From: Dimorphilus gyrociliatus
Taxonomy: Eukaryota > Animalia > Annelida
Direction of reading: 5' to 3'
Assembly: GCA_904063045.1 (NCBI GenBank)
Contig: CAJFCJ010000002.1
Location: 744,001-808,000, forward strand
DNA: 64,000 nucleotides
Each line of letters begins with the position of its first letter. Position 1 is the first letter of the stretch. A program made the position numbers and the translations under genes. Positions 33,488 to 46,189 of the stretch are shown piece after piece. The notes below the pieces were generated by a model. That model was not told the origin of the DNA. It ran no database searches and was given only the letters and a program-made list of their open reading frames with translations.

Positions 33488-35421
33488 ATGTTTAAACAAT
33501 GTAACAGAGTATTACTATCTCGGTACTTCCTTTAAAATTGAACGATTTCAAGGATGAATGTCGAATGGGTATAGTAAGGAGAGAAGATGCCTCATATTTA
33601 GTAGTGGCTAAAGAACGTAAAAAACTTTTTCGAGAAAAAGTAATGGATATAAAGCACATTAAAGTAAATGAAAAGTTATACTTTATTTGGAATGAGGTTA
33701 GAAACTCTTAATAAATATATAAATATCTCACTAAAATTCGTAAGCAGAATTCATATATTTTTGTGAAATTATCGAACAAGAAGAAAGAAGAATTTTTGAA
33801 ACAATTACTACTGAAAAATTTAAAACCGTTAACAAGCAAGAACTCCTTGCAACAGGTTGAGACTAATGAAAAGCGTCTTGATAACTTTATACCGCAAGCT
33901 CCTCCACTGGCAAGCTCTATTATTCCAAAGGCTCCACCTGTTAACCTTGACGACTTAACAGGTCCAGCTCATAAAATTTCTAAGGAAGTTAATAATGAAC
34001 AGAAAAAAGAAAATCTTACACAAGCGTTTGCAAATGCTATAGAAGGTTTTGAATTAACAAAATTGAAAAAAGTAGATAGTGAGAAAGCACACAAACCACC
34101 TGCTTTCGATCCTGCTAGAGACATAGTTGGATTTGATAAAGGAAAGTTAAAAAAAGTAATACTACAAGTTCGAAGCAGAGATCAATGGAATGGTAGTAAA
34201 CTTGCAGGAGTAATGGTAAAAACACTATCTCATAATAAAAACGATATATATTTCAAATATTAAATTAGTAATTTGCTTACCAATAACAATTGTAGCTTTA
34301 AATCTTAAAAAAATTTTACCAGTTCCACGGAATCATTTTTTAGGCCACGATAATTTAAATTTCAATAGCTCATTGATGAAGTATTCATATTACTGCAGGG
34401 GGACCTGATGGATAAACTTCAACATCGTAGGAAACATTTAGGAGGTAAGAGATAATGGCAAGTTTTCAGGTTACTAATGACTTTAAAAATGTAGATGATA
34501 GTGAATCAGATAAAAGCGCCTGGAGTGACAGTGGTAAGACAATTTTTTTACGTGTTACCCCCAATAAATTAATAAATCAACAGCCACCAAAGATGGAAAG
34601 CAAATATTCTTCGTCGGAAAATCTTCAGCAGATGCATCATGAAGTGAAAGAGAGTTTAGTTTTTTAGAATAAATCATAAAACACTACCCTAGCATAGTTA
34701 AACAACCTTCACATGAAAATAAACTCATATTTATATGAAAATTTGAAAATTCAAAAGACTTTTAAAATATAACAACCTTGAATCATATTTAATAATCTAG
34801 TTTAACTATATACTTGAAAAGCGCTCGAATAACAATTTCCAATATGTTCATTTAAGTGAATCATATTTCATAAAACGAATAATGAGGGAAACATATACTT
34901 TAACTAAATACAATATCTGTCAATTAAGTCTTAGTTAAAATTATTTAGTATAAAAAGTTAGGTGACAATGGACAATGGAGAAGTTGAAATAGAAGGAAGA
35001 TCGGATAGAGCAAAGTTTTACAAGGGTATGAATATTTAATAGGTCTGGTTTTCATAAAAAACATGTTCATTTAGCTGAAAGTGGCGATACCGGATCACAG
35101 ACTTCCCTTGTGGATTTAGCTACCATTCCAGAAAGACGAAATAGTCTCTGCCCACCACCATTTCCTGGCTATAAACCTAGAGCGAGTTTTCAGGTGTTTG
35201 TTATTAGCGTTATTAATTTTTATATATCAATTTCTTGATTTGTTTCTGTATATATTTAATAGCTTGATCAGCCTATTGTAATGGATGACACAAAATTAAA
35301 AGATAAAAGAAAGAAATCAACATCGTCTGTTAAAAGTATATCATTTGAAGAAAACTCAGAACCCACTTGCTCTTGTCTGGGATCTAGAAAGCGAAAGAGC
35401 ACTAAAGTAGAACCTGCATAA
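33488..35421 (+). CDS. Tandem WH2/beta-thymosin-repeat protein with Pro-rich linker and candidate alternative exons
   Basis: Manual model: 33488-33508, 33553-33696, 33748-34155, then one of 34399-34444 / 34470-34533 / 34962-35025, then 35075-35193, 35263-35421; all phases are compatible. Repeats IEGFELTKLKKV and IVGFDKGKLKK(V) match the thymosin F-D-K-x-K-L-K-K pattern. The first mini-exon is the weakest part. Confidence 0.65.
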
Positions 35422-35657
35422 ACGCCTTAGTAACGTTCACTATTAAGTTAATTAAATTTGTCTTTTTTTTGGCTTATGGAGATTTACACATTTTGTGGAA
35501 TAAATATATAAACATATCAAATATTTTTAAAGGTACAAATAACTGAGTAGCAAAACATTCTAGTTTCTACAGTTCCGTTGACTGTATTTTCGCCCTCCAC
35601 TCAGTGATATTTAGTTGTCAATTCTTTGAGTTTTGGATTTTATAAGCAGTTTCTAAG

Positions 35658-36640
35658 ATGAAACCGCATGAGAAGGAAAAAAAGTTTAAACCATTGACTG
35701 CTCGTATTCTTGATATCGATGATTTAATCAGAAGCTATGTTAAGAAGTATGATTTTAGTCCAGAACACAGGAAACTAGCAAATCTAGAGGTATACTATCA
35801 AATGTCCAGCTAATTAAGAATGCTAAAATTGTCATTATATATTACAAACAACAAGCACTATTTAATTATAATTTCGAAAATGTTGTTGATTTAGGTAAAG
35901 AAAGAAGATGTTAGCTTCAAGTACTTTAGGCTGGTTCATGACAAAATCTGCTATCCGGACAAAGATGATATAACACAAAAGAGTGGCTTCAAAGTTTTGC
36001 CTGATAAAGTAACTCTTTGCACCGCTTCTTTTAAAAATGATACTGGCAGCCCCCAAGTAAGATTACGTTAATAAATGTCAGATTAATCCATCCATTTTCA
36101 TGGCAGATTTTCCACTTTAACGCTGAGAGGAAGACTAAATCAATAACAAAAGTTTCTACAGATGAAATGTACAAATTCGAAATGCACTCGGAATTAAAAT
36201 TTCCAATTCTTCCAGGCATGGGAATGGAGGCTAATGTTGGAATGAGAGGGGAATGGAACTTAACAGAGAACTATGAAGAAACTGTTGAAGAGGAATTTAC
36301 ATGGTCTGTAAATAGCGATGTAAAAGTTCCAGAGAATACAGAAACAATTGCCTCACTAGAAATTGTTGAAAATCAGTTTGAGGGTCAGTGGAAATTGAAA
36401 ACTTACTTCAAGGGGAGAATTAGTATCGCAGTGAAGAATAAAAACAAACCTGATGAGGTTGTAACAACAATCACTTTTCCTGTTGCTCATTTTGTTCAAC
36501 TAGGTGGAAAGTATTTTCAGGAAGATGACAAAGGGATCTACTTTACAAGCACTGGGTGGTGTAAAAGTCGTTTTGCGACTGATCAACAAGTTAACTTGAA
36601 ACAGTCTAAACTACCGGCGACATCTGCAGTGCAAATGTAA
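35658..36640 (+). CDS. Aerolysin/ETX-MTX2-like beta-pore-forming-toxin-fold protein (275 aa, 3 exons, no signal peptide)
   Basis: join(35658-35789, 35895-36056, 36107-36640), all phase 0. FKNDTGSPQIFHFNAERKTKS, an alternating amphipathic hairpin (FEMHSELKFPILPGMGMEANVGMRGEWNL) and TWSVNSDVKVP are typical of the ETX/MTX2 core. Confidence 0.8.
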
Positions 36641-36947
36641 ACCTTCTCCCAAGATTATATCAAACTCATTTAATTTCAGTTATTAGTCTAAAATAAGTTG
36701 TAGGTTTTCCAATTTGATATGATTAAATTAATTTTGCTGTTAATTGGAGACGATAAATAAATTTTTCTCTAGTGGTGCTATCTATATAGTTATATGTGCA
36801 AGTGCAACAATAAAAATTTGATTATCCTTCTTAGTGCAATGCAATGTATTAAGAATAGAGAAAAAATGTTGAATGTCATAGACTTGACATTGCTGTCTAA
36901 AATTTCTTTGTATCTACTGAATATAGCAGCCACCATACCTACTGTTA

Positions 36948-37771
36948 TTATTTCAATTCTGTCATTAATTCTGGATCCTCTGTTTCTAAGCCGTCTTTTA
37001 GTGAATCTTTCCAGCAAAGATGCCCATTTAGTTTCTTCAAACGTAGTATTATAACTCCGTCTTGTTCCTAAACTTAAAACGTTTTACTTAAAGCTTAATA
37101 AATAAAAAGAAATTTACTTTATCGATAAGATCTGGATCTGGTACAATGAAATCAAATAATTTAAGAATTTCCAATTGATATCTGCTGTCTAAGGGAGACG
37201 ATGATTCTTCGTACGGGTCTATTGTTAGTTTGAATGACCTAATTTGTGTGGAAAGTTGTTTATACAAGTTTACTTTAGGATGTTATCTAGAGTAGCTTCT
37301 ATTACATCAAACAATTATTCTATTATACAATGACGAATTAAAACCAAAAAATTGTATAGCTAACAAGTACAAACCTTTCATTTGGGAAAGTTAGACGTGA
37401 AATTGCGTTTGGGCATTTTGTTCCTTTTAGCTTACAGCAAGTTCTAGAATCATATCTATAATTCGGTACTATCACTCTAACTTGAATGCAATCTCCAATA
37501 TCTTTTGAGTCTAAAAATTGTGAAACATTATTGAAATATCGTTTTGTCACTTTTTTGAAAAGCAAACATTGTTAGGTAATAAGAAAGAAGTCTATATGCA
37601 TTATTTGTACAAGAAAAGGTAGGCCTTATAATTTTCTTTAAACTATCCGTCAAAATTAATATTAAGCGACTCAGATTTTTCACTAAAACATCATTTCTGA
37701 AGTTCAAAATCATACAAACCGAAAGCTGGTTCTTTATATCCTTTTTTTTTCATTTCAATCTTTTCCGACAT
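36948..37771 (-). CDS. CS-domain (p23/CacyBP/SGT1-type) protein, 142 aa, four exons; missed by the ORF track
   Basis: join(37771..37720, 37510..37375, 37238..37118, 37067..36948) with GT-AG introns in phases 1, 2 and 0. The product contains PAFDSKDIGDCIQVRVIVP...FPNERSFKLTI...YQLEILKLFDFIVP...VIILRLKK....CWKDSL, resembling the CacyBP CS core (FTERSF...Y.M.V.NL..PI...V.ILCRKK...W). Confidence 0.6.
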
Positions 37772-39032
37772 TTTGAATGGCGTAATGAACCAGTTATAAA
37801 ATTTTGTCAAAACAGAAAAAACTTCTTGTAAGAAAAGTGTATTAAATAGTCCGTTTGAGTTTTCTAAATTCTTTGGTTAGTCGGTCTTAGTGCGATAAAG
37901 CGAATGTTTCTTAGATAAAACTGTATAAATTAGAAACATATGCGATCAACCTGCGCGCCACCCAGCAACTGACATGTCTACTCGCTGATGATTGCATGAT
38001 ATTCTCTCTTTATATATAGATACATCTTAGACGGATTAAGGATAGCCGACAGCTAACTATTGTTTCCAAAGATTACAGAATACACAGGCTTGGGCGCATA
38101 ATTGATAGAGCCTTTAATTAACAATTGCTTAATCAACTTCCAAAACATGATATTTGGCTTAGCAATTGTTAAAATTCACTCTTCTTATCTCTTAAATTTT
38201 ATACTAGGTATTTCTCTAATTCTTGATTTGGGGAAGCTAGAATTTCATTGCCATTTTGTTTTCTACTTGTGGAATTCTAACACTCATCTCCGGAAATCAA
38301 TAATTACAAAAATGATCCATTAATATTTATTGTTATAAATTTTTATGAGCAATATTAACTGTAGAAAATGTGCGGGCTACCAGTATAATTTTCATTGGGT
38401 GTTAATGATTATTTTCACAAATATTTAAACTGGGTCAGCTAATAGCATTGGCATCCGAGGAGTAATTAGACTCTTCACAAATAAATATGTAATAGAAGAT
38501 TTTTATTATGAAAAAAAATGAATTAATTTTATAGAAGCGAGCAAAGTTCACAGTAAAAAGAAAATATTGCCGAATATTAGCAACAATGATTATTTGATAT
38601 CTTAGCAATATAGCAAATTACTTTTTAATTTTAAAACCTTTCCATTAAGAAGTTACAATAGAATTGATATCTCTATTTGTACAACATATAGATTATCTTA
38701 GATAATAAGCGTATTTAAAATTTATTTAGTATGCAGAAATAAATAACTAATGTCATTAAAGTAGTAAGTTTTAAGATATCGTTATCACTAGCATTAAGGA
38801 GTTCTAGATACTTTATTGTATAATTTACCAAATTTATATCAAAGTTATATTCTTTAGAAAGTGAATTTATTCACGTGGGTTTCTAAACTTAAATATCTTA
38901 TCTAAGCCAATAGAATATAACAAAAACAAAAGAATCAGAAACCTTTGAGAAAACTATGTCTTGCTTATTCATAAACACGCTACAAGTGAAACACTAAAAA
39001 TGTTGTATGCATTCTAGGGCCTAAAGCAACCA

Positions 39033-39054
39033 ATATATATATATATATATATAT
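39033..39054. repeat. (TA)n microsatellite upstream of the innexin start
   Basis: About 11 AT units seen directly. Confidence 0.85.
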
Positions 39055-39122
39055 GCTGGTCAGGTCAGACATCGGCACTATCACGAAAAAATTTGGCCTT
39101 CGTTCTGTCTATATGCGATAGA

Positions 39123-40732
39123 ATGTTTGACAAAGCTTTGCAAGCTTTAATAAAATTTGGTACAGCCGCTGATACCTTTTCAGATCGACTAAATTCAAAA
39201 TACACTTCAGCATTACTAGTTTTATTTTGTGTGCTAGTTTCGACGAAACAATATGTGGGTATGTATGCGATATTCATATTGTTTACTAAGATAAATTTCT
39301 TTGTGCTTACAAGAATCTCAAAAAAGTATTGATCATTACGTTTCGGGTCTAATATTCCTCTGAGATAATTTAATGTCCTAGAATAAGAAATTTCGTTAAT
39401 TACTTATTTCATTAGATTGAAACTTAATGTTAAGAATTTACTATTTAAAATTGTGTTTAAATCGATAAAGATTTATCGTTTCTTATTACCCATAACTCAA
39501 TTTTTGTGTGCTATACAGGAGAGCCTATTAGCTGCTGGTGCCCAGCAAATTATGCCAGTACTCATATAGATTTTGCAAATAAAGTTTGTTGGGTTACAAA
39601 TACGTATTATTTTTCCTTCAATGATACAAAACTGCTGACGAGAAAATCAAAACCCCTTAAATATATAAATTATTATCAATGGGTTCCTCTTATTTTAATT
39701 GCTCAAGCAATCTTATTCATCGTACCTCGAGTATTTTGGAAATCTTTAAATACAAGAAAAGGCATTTCTATTATGTCACTTGTTGACTCTATTTACGAAC
39801 TTCAAAAGCCTGGAGCTATTGATCCCGTTAAAAGGAGAGAAGTTATGAACTATGCTGTCAAGCATTTTACAAGATTTTTAATTGACGTAGATAGGAAAAA
39901 ACAAATAGCTGCAATAAGAAATTCTTTCTCGGTTTGCCTAAAATTTACATTCAATTTTTAAATTTATCAATTTTTATACAATATATAATAGGTCTCTGCA
40001 AGATCATGCTACTTGTCGATCTTATTTATAACAACAAAGATTATGTACTTTACAAATGCTTTTGGTCAACTGTTTCTTTTAAATTTACTTTTCACGATGA
40101 AAACCAGATATAAAGTATTCGGTATACAAGTATGGAGAGAATTGGACGAAGATATATGGACAACAGCTATATATTTCCCTCGGGTTACAATGTGTGATTT
40201 TAAAGTAAGGCGTTTGGGATCTGTTCATAAAGAAACCCTTCAATGCGCTTTAACAGTTAACCTCTTTAATGAAAAGGTATATATATTTATATGGTTTTGG
40301 TTTGTTATAGTCTCTACTGTTAGTTTCCTAAGCTTGTTAAAATGGATTATGCTTATCGCTATTGAAAGATTTAGTGTGCGATACGTTGGTGACCGTCTGA
40401 TGGCAATGAAATTAATTTGGAACCTAGACTATGACCATTCGTCTAATAATGTTAACATAACTGAAGAGAATTTTGAACAACAACTTGACAATATTCCTGA
40501 GGAGACACTTGTCAGGAATTTCGTAGTAAATTTTTTGAGAAGAGATGGTATTCTAATTTTACGGCTATTAAGCGAGCACGCGACAGATTTAATAGCTAGT
40601 GAAGCAATAGTCTCTTTGTTTGAGTTATACAAGCAAACTAGAAGTCTGTACAGACTATCTACTGAGGAACAGTCGACCATTAGTCGACTTCGAAAATATG
40701 AAAAAGGGTCAAAGAAGAAATTGAAAGTTTGA
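39123..40732 (+). CDS. inx: Innexin (invertebrate gap-junction protein), 3 exons
   Basis: DRLNSKYT, KQYVG|EPISCWCPA, CWVTNTY, YYQWVP signature, FPRVTMCDF, CALTVNLFNEKVYIFIWFW, FLRRDGILILRL. Confidence 0.96.
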
Positions 40733-41310
40733 CGTTTTCTTGTTTATACTTTTTAATTTTACAAACAAATATATTTCTTATATTTAGATAGTTACTTCTA
40801 GAACTGTTTAAATGCTTGTACTTCTCACTTGTAACATAATTAGACATAATTCATACTTTAAGAGAATTACGTAATAATTTAGAAGTATCTTTTAAATATT
40901 TTACGAGATTTATTTTAATTGCCAAATTTTTTAATTTTAAAAACTAATTAGAAATTATTTTGCCCGTTACGAATTACTGAATTACTTAAATGAGTAAGGT
41001 CATTACCATTGATTATTGTTTATAGTTTTATTATGAGAGCCATTTACAACTACATAATTACACTAATCTTATTTACATAGTTAGTGTTTTCATTTGGCTA
41101 AACATTTCGATAGACTGTTAGAAAAAAGTTTGAAAAAGTCTTCGTTTTACCTATAAGATATTCAACTTATTTTATCAAGCTCTCTCTTTGTCTATTTCAC
41201 GCTACTTTCTAAATCGATTTCTAAATCTAATAGTATCCTAAAATCAGAATAAATCTCGCAATAATCTAGAAACCCAATGAAAGTAACTCTCAATTTATAT
41301 GTTTATCATT

Positions 41311-43109
41311 TTATTTGAGAAATTTAGCTTTCAATAATATGTTCTCCAAAGATATATCAGGATCAACGTATGCTACCAATTGTGAATCTAAGTTAAATGA
41401 TTTTAAATACTGCTTTCGTCCAAAGTCTATCAATAGCTTGCATCGTTTTCCAATTTGACTTCTTTCTTCAAGAGTTAATTTTCCTTCTTTTATTTCGATA
41501 TCCTTTGTTCCACATGTATACCAGCTGCTTAACGTGCTTATAAGGTGAAAATCTCTGGCTGAAAATCCAGCTTCTTCAAAAAATTTCTTTCCCACGTATG
41601 ACTTCCAATCACATCTATGATGGCAACAAAGAGCGAGAACTAATCCACGGAATCTGTTTTGAAAATACTTCTTAGATATAATTTACATTCATACAATATA
41701 TTACTGATTCCCTGTTCCAGATAACCAATTTTCCATTAAGCAGCGTAGCATCATATCTGTAGCTGAGCCACAGAGATGCTTACCTATAGCCACTTTCTTT
41801 TTTGGATTTTTTAAAGACTCTACTTTATCTGAGAAAAGATTTCGATAGTAATTGAAGTTCGCTGAGCTTAATAGCTATTTACCTAATGCTAAATGCTCTA
41901 TATCAACTCTTAATCTTTCAAATATAGGTCCTTGGTTTTCTTCTTTATGATAGTTGTCTTTCTAACAATGAAACAAATGAACTTAATTGTAAAAATCCCA
42001 ATAAAATTCGCAATCAACCTTGTATCTGACTGCTCCTCTTTCGATTAAAATGAATTGAACACTATTGAGTTCTTTAGAAGCTTTTTCTAGTATGTGAGAT
42101 AATCCACCTATGAACAATAAATTTTTTAAATCAAATGATGCACCTTTCGCTAATTACCTTTTCCAGCGCCAAACTCAATAAAGCAAGTATCGTCTTGAAG
42201 CAACTCCAACCTGTTGATATGTTCTATGATTGAACCCTGGGCAAATAAACGCATAAGTTTTTATAGGCAAGTAAATTACAATTTGAATCGTAGGATTTAC
42301 CTGTTGTTTAAGATGCTTGACGGCTGATTTCCCGGTTTTTGGATCCGAAATATCTTTTTCAACAGAATCATGACATAAATACTCATTTAAAGTATCAGTC
42401 TGATAATATTCTGGAAAAAAATCTTTGTTATAAAGACTCGGGAAAACTTGAAATGGGAGTTAAGTATCATTCCCTAAATATAGTTTAGATGTTAAAAAAC
42501 AACTAAAAACAGGAGTAAACTAGTATAATAAAAGAGAGATTTTCTTATACTTTCATAGTAGAAATTTATTCTCTCGATCAGGCCAATAAGTTCAGGAAGT
42601 TCTATGTCGCGAATGGTCTTTCTATATTCATTCGGATTCAATGGGGAATATCCAGAGTTCAAGTTTTCTTGGTAATAAACCTGAATTGGAAGACAATATA
42701 GACTTTAGCCGATCTATTGATGAAAAGACACACCTACCGGATAAAGCTCCTTTCGGGAGTTACATTTTTTCAAATGCTTGTCTATTTTATCGGCGTAGCA
42801 AGAGCTACAAATACATTATTATTATTTAAAAACGGAAATATTTGTTAAAATATACTGTTTAGGATCCAGAGGACAAAGCATACGCTTCCTTGAAAATTCA
42901 GTCTAAAACGAGGCCTTTTTAAAAATTGGAATGAAGTCTAAAATTCTTACCTCAGAGTCATTTGAAAGATATCCATGTTCAACACAGAAGTTTGAATCAT
43001 ATCTTGAAGTTGCTTTACAGAATCTCTTCTTTCTGTCAAGAAAAAATTTACATCTAGTCGTAGAATTTACATTCTCGTCAGTTTTTTGGTAATCAGAGTT
43101 ATTTTCCAT
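41311..43109 (-). CDS. TRMT13: tRNA:m(4)X modification enzyme Trm13, multi-exon
   Basis: N-terminal C..F...KKRFC......FC.EH zinc finger, KHLKKC, KHLCGSATD, ALCCHHRC.W..YVG, SSWYTCG, IGKRCKLLIDFGR, SLENILL. Confidence 0.92.
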
Positions 43110-43319
43110 TGAAAAACCAGAAATTATAACAGAAAGTTTTAAATTAATGTAAACGAAATAAAGATCCGCTCGAATAAGAGATCTGACAGATGTAAAATAA
43201 TTCTTGAGCTAAACTTCGAATTAAATTTTCGTATGAAAGCTATTAAACTTTAAAAATTATCATTGAAATATTATTTGGAAGATCTCTATTATAAAAAAAA
43301 AACACGAAATAAAATAAAA

Positions 43320-43328
43320 ACCGGAAGT
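43320..43328 (+). promoter_or_regulatory. ETS-type motif ACCGGAAGT in the TRMT13/RAD23 divergent promoter
   Basis: Exact match to the ETS/GABP consensus, within the 315-bp head-to-head gap. Confidence 0.6.
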
Positions 43329-43424
43329 CAGCCATTTTCTTGCACCGAAACGGTGGAAACTAATGTAAAACTTAAATATTTTTAACAGTTAGTCGTTCAT
43401 TGGGAAGTCAAAACTTTGTTAGAA

Positions 43425-44866
43425 ATGTTGATTACAATTAAAACATTGCAACAGCATACATGGAAGGTCGAAGTTGTTGGGGAGACGAAAGTGAGTAACT
43501 TTTTAAGAGCTACGCTGAATCATGTTAACGGAATATCGGTACTAAAAACAGATAAAAGATCTTAAAGAACAAATCGAACAATTGAAGGGAAAAGAGTACT
43601 CAGCAGCATGTCAGAAATTAATATTCGCTGGTAAAGTTATGGAAGATGAAAAGACTGTGGCTGATTATAAGATTGAAGAAAAGGGATTCGTCGTTCTGAT
43701 GATGACCAAAGTAGTAGTGACAATTGTTACTAGTCATATGTTTTACTAACATTTACATTCTAGGTACGACCTTCACCTGCTTCTGCTAAACCAGCCGAAG
43801 ATGAAGCTAGCACCTCCGCGGCAGTTGAAGAGGCCGAAACGAAACAAGAAGAAAAACCGAAAGAAACTGAGACACCGCCAGTATCAACTGTACCTACAGC
43901 AGCAACAGAGACATTATCATCCTCTGCGAGAACTGAAACAGAGCCAGAGGCGTCACCTGGTAATTTACAAAATAAAATATTTCCGTTGTTAAAAGTTTGA
44001 ATTTCAGGACAAATAACCAGCGGAGCGAATTTGCTGGTAACCGGATCAGATTTTGAAAGAATGGTAACAGAAATCATGGGTATGGGATTTGAAAGAGATC
44101 AAGTAGAAAGAGCTATGCGAGCCAGTTTCAATAACCCCGATAGAGCTGTTGAATATTTATTTAACGTTGGTTATTTTCTTATTTAAGGCTTTTTAGAATA
44201 AAAATATGTCTATTCTAGGGAATACCTGATGTTGGTTCCACTGAGGCAGCTCCGACTCTACCCTCGCAAAGTTCTTCCAGCACAGCTCAAGAAACTCCTG
44301 CGACCCCAAGTCAGCCAGCTGATGGACCCACTGCACCTTCTGATGCTTTACAGTTCCTTCGAAGTCAGCCGCAGTTTCGTCAGATGAGACATGTAATCCG
44401 CGTAAGTACCAAAATTTATTGGAAAATTTTAATATTACTATTATAATTCTTATACATTTTAGGACAATCCGAATTTATTGCAACCATTACTTCAACAAAT
44501 ACGACAAACAAATCCAGATTTGTTTCGAATGATACAGGAAAATCAGGAGGAATTTGTAGCTATGCTCAACAGTGAAGATGAAGCCGGTGCGGGTGCAGGA
44601 GGGACTGGTAATGTGAGTGGCAATAGTTCTGATCAACCTGGATACATACAAGTGTCCCAGGAAGATAAACAAGCCATTGATAGGGTAATAATCATAAGTA
44701 AATTTGAATAATTGTGAATATTTTTTATGATCCCTCACAGTTAAAGGCGCTTGGTTTTCCTGAAAGTCTTGTTGTACAAGCTTATTTTGCTTGTGAAAAA
44801 AATGAGCAACTAGCTGCGAACTTTCTTCTTAGTCAAAACGATGGTGACGACGATATGCAAAGTTGA
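43425..44866 (+). CDS. RAD23: UV excision repair protein RAD23 (UBL-UBA-STI1-UBA), multi-exon
   Basis: UBL ([10 protein letters not shown]...[12 protein letters not shown]), UBA1 ([28 protein letters not shown]), STI1 ([14 protein letters not shown]...LQQI), UBA2 ([34 protein letters not shown]). Stop is at 44864-44866. Confidence 0.96.
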
Positions 44867-45244
44867 AGCATTCTGATATTGCATTAATCAGACTTGAAGA
44901 TATGTTTGCTTTAAGTTGCATGGTAAATATATAAATATAACGTATAAGTAAGTTTCGGAGCAAAACATTTGTCTTTGTAAAGTATTTGCAATATGTGTTA
45001 TGAAATAATTGTTTTAAAAATTCCAACAAAGAAGAGTTTATGAGAAATTTCTTTCTGATATGTCACATTGAAGTCTTATATTTTCAAACTTGACTAAATA
45101 GACTCAACTTTGATTTAAGTCAAACCCCGAGTCAGTAAGGAAAAGATGAAATGTTTACTTTATACATTTCTTCCAAAGAGTAGTATTTTCAAGAAGTTTT
45201 GTACAACAAAGATGGAAAACTAGTAAAAAAACTTTATTGAAGTA

Positions 45245-46151
45245 TCAAATAGGAAGCAAATGGTCATCTCTTTCAATATCTTCGCTTTTTTCTAATTGTT
45301 CATCACCAATACCTCTGTAATAGTTACTTTGTGGCTGTTTTCGTCGACAGATTAGATTACAACCATCCGCTTGCAAATTACCAAAATCTGTCCAAAACTC
45401 ATAATTTGGCATTTGATCCCATCCCTTAGCTCCAGCAATACAACGTCGATATAAAACGCCACACAAAATATAGAGTATACCAAGTGAAAACAGAATAAGT
45501 ACTAAAATGAGTCCAACACTGAAACTTTTAGCTGAGCATAATGATTGATGCTGGAATTCAAATAGAAAGTAACAACGATTAGTGTTCTCACGAACTTCTC
45601 GAATCATCTTAACACGACCCTGAAAATTCGAAATATTAATTTAAACTATTTTTTTTTACCAAATATACCTCTTTTTCATTTTCATTGCAAATAAACATAA
45701 TGATAGAACGCTTTCTTCCCTCTGAACAGACATCCGAAAGGTGTTCATCTCCATTTTGATATTCCAAGTAAGCCCAATTATCTAATTGAAAGGAAATGTT
45801 GAAAATTTTTCAAATGAGGTAATTACAATAAGACCTCCATAGATAAAAATTGAACTGTTAATTTTTCCAAGATCGATCGTATTTATTCCTTTTGTTTGCA
45901 AAATTCCTGTGTCATCTGCATTTACACTTTTACATATTCCTACTTGATATGTATATCCTTTGTCAGTGGTTTTGTATCTAAGTATAAAGTATATATAAAA
46001 TTAGTTGAAAAGATGTTAGGTAACTATACATTTCATTAAATTGACCCAGTTTGTTGAAAAACTTAGAATGGTGGTTTTCATCAGCAAACTGACACTTTGA
46101 AAAAACGATTGGAATCAAAACACAGCAAGTGATAATTTTCAAATGAAACAT
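45245..46151 (-). CDS. M6PR: Cation-dependent mannose-6-phosphate receptor-like protein
   Basis: Signal peptide, MRH-type ectodomain (CYFLFEFQHQSLC), TM SVGLILVLILFSLGILYILCG, tail GAKGWDQMPNYEFW.DFGNLQADGC.LICR and C-terminal DDHLLPI dileucine motif. Confidence 0.9.
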
Positions 46152-46189
46152 GTTAGGGGTGTTTGAGTATTGAAAGATTTTCACCATCT

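Noticed and set aside
42641-42829. + strand ORF starting MGNIQSS (myristoylation-like)
   Set aside because: It is antisense to TRMT13 coding exons and has no other support; a shadow ORF.
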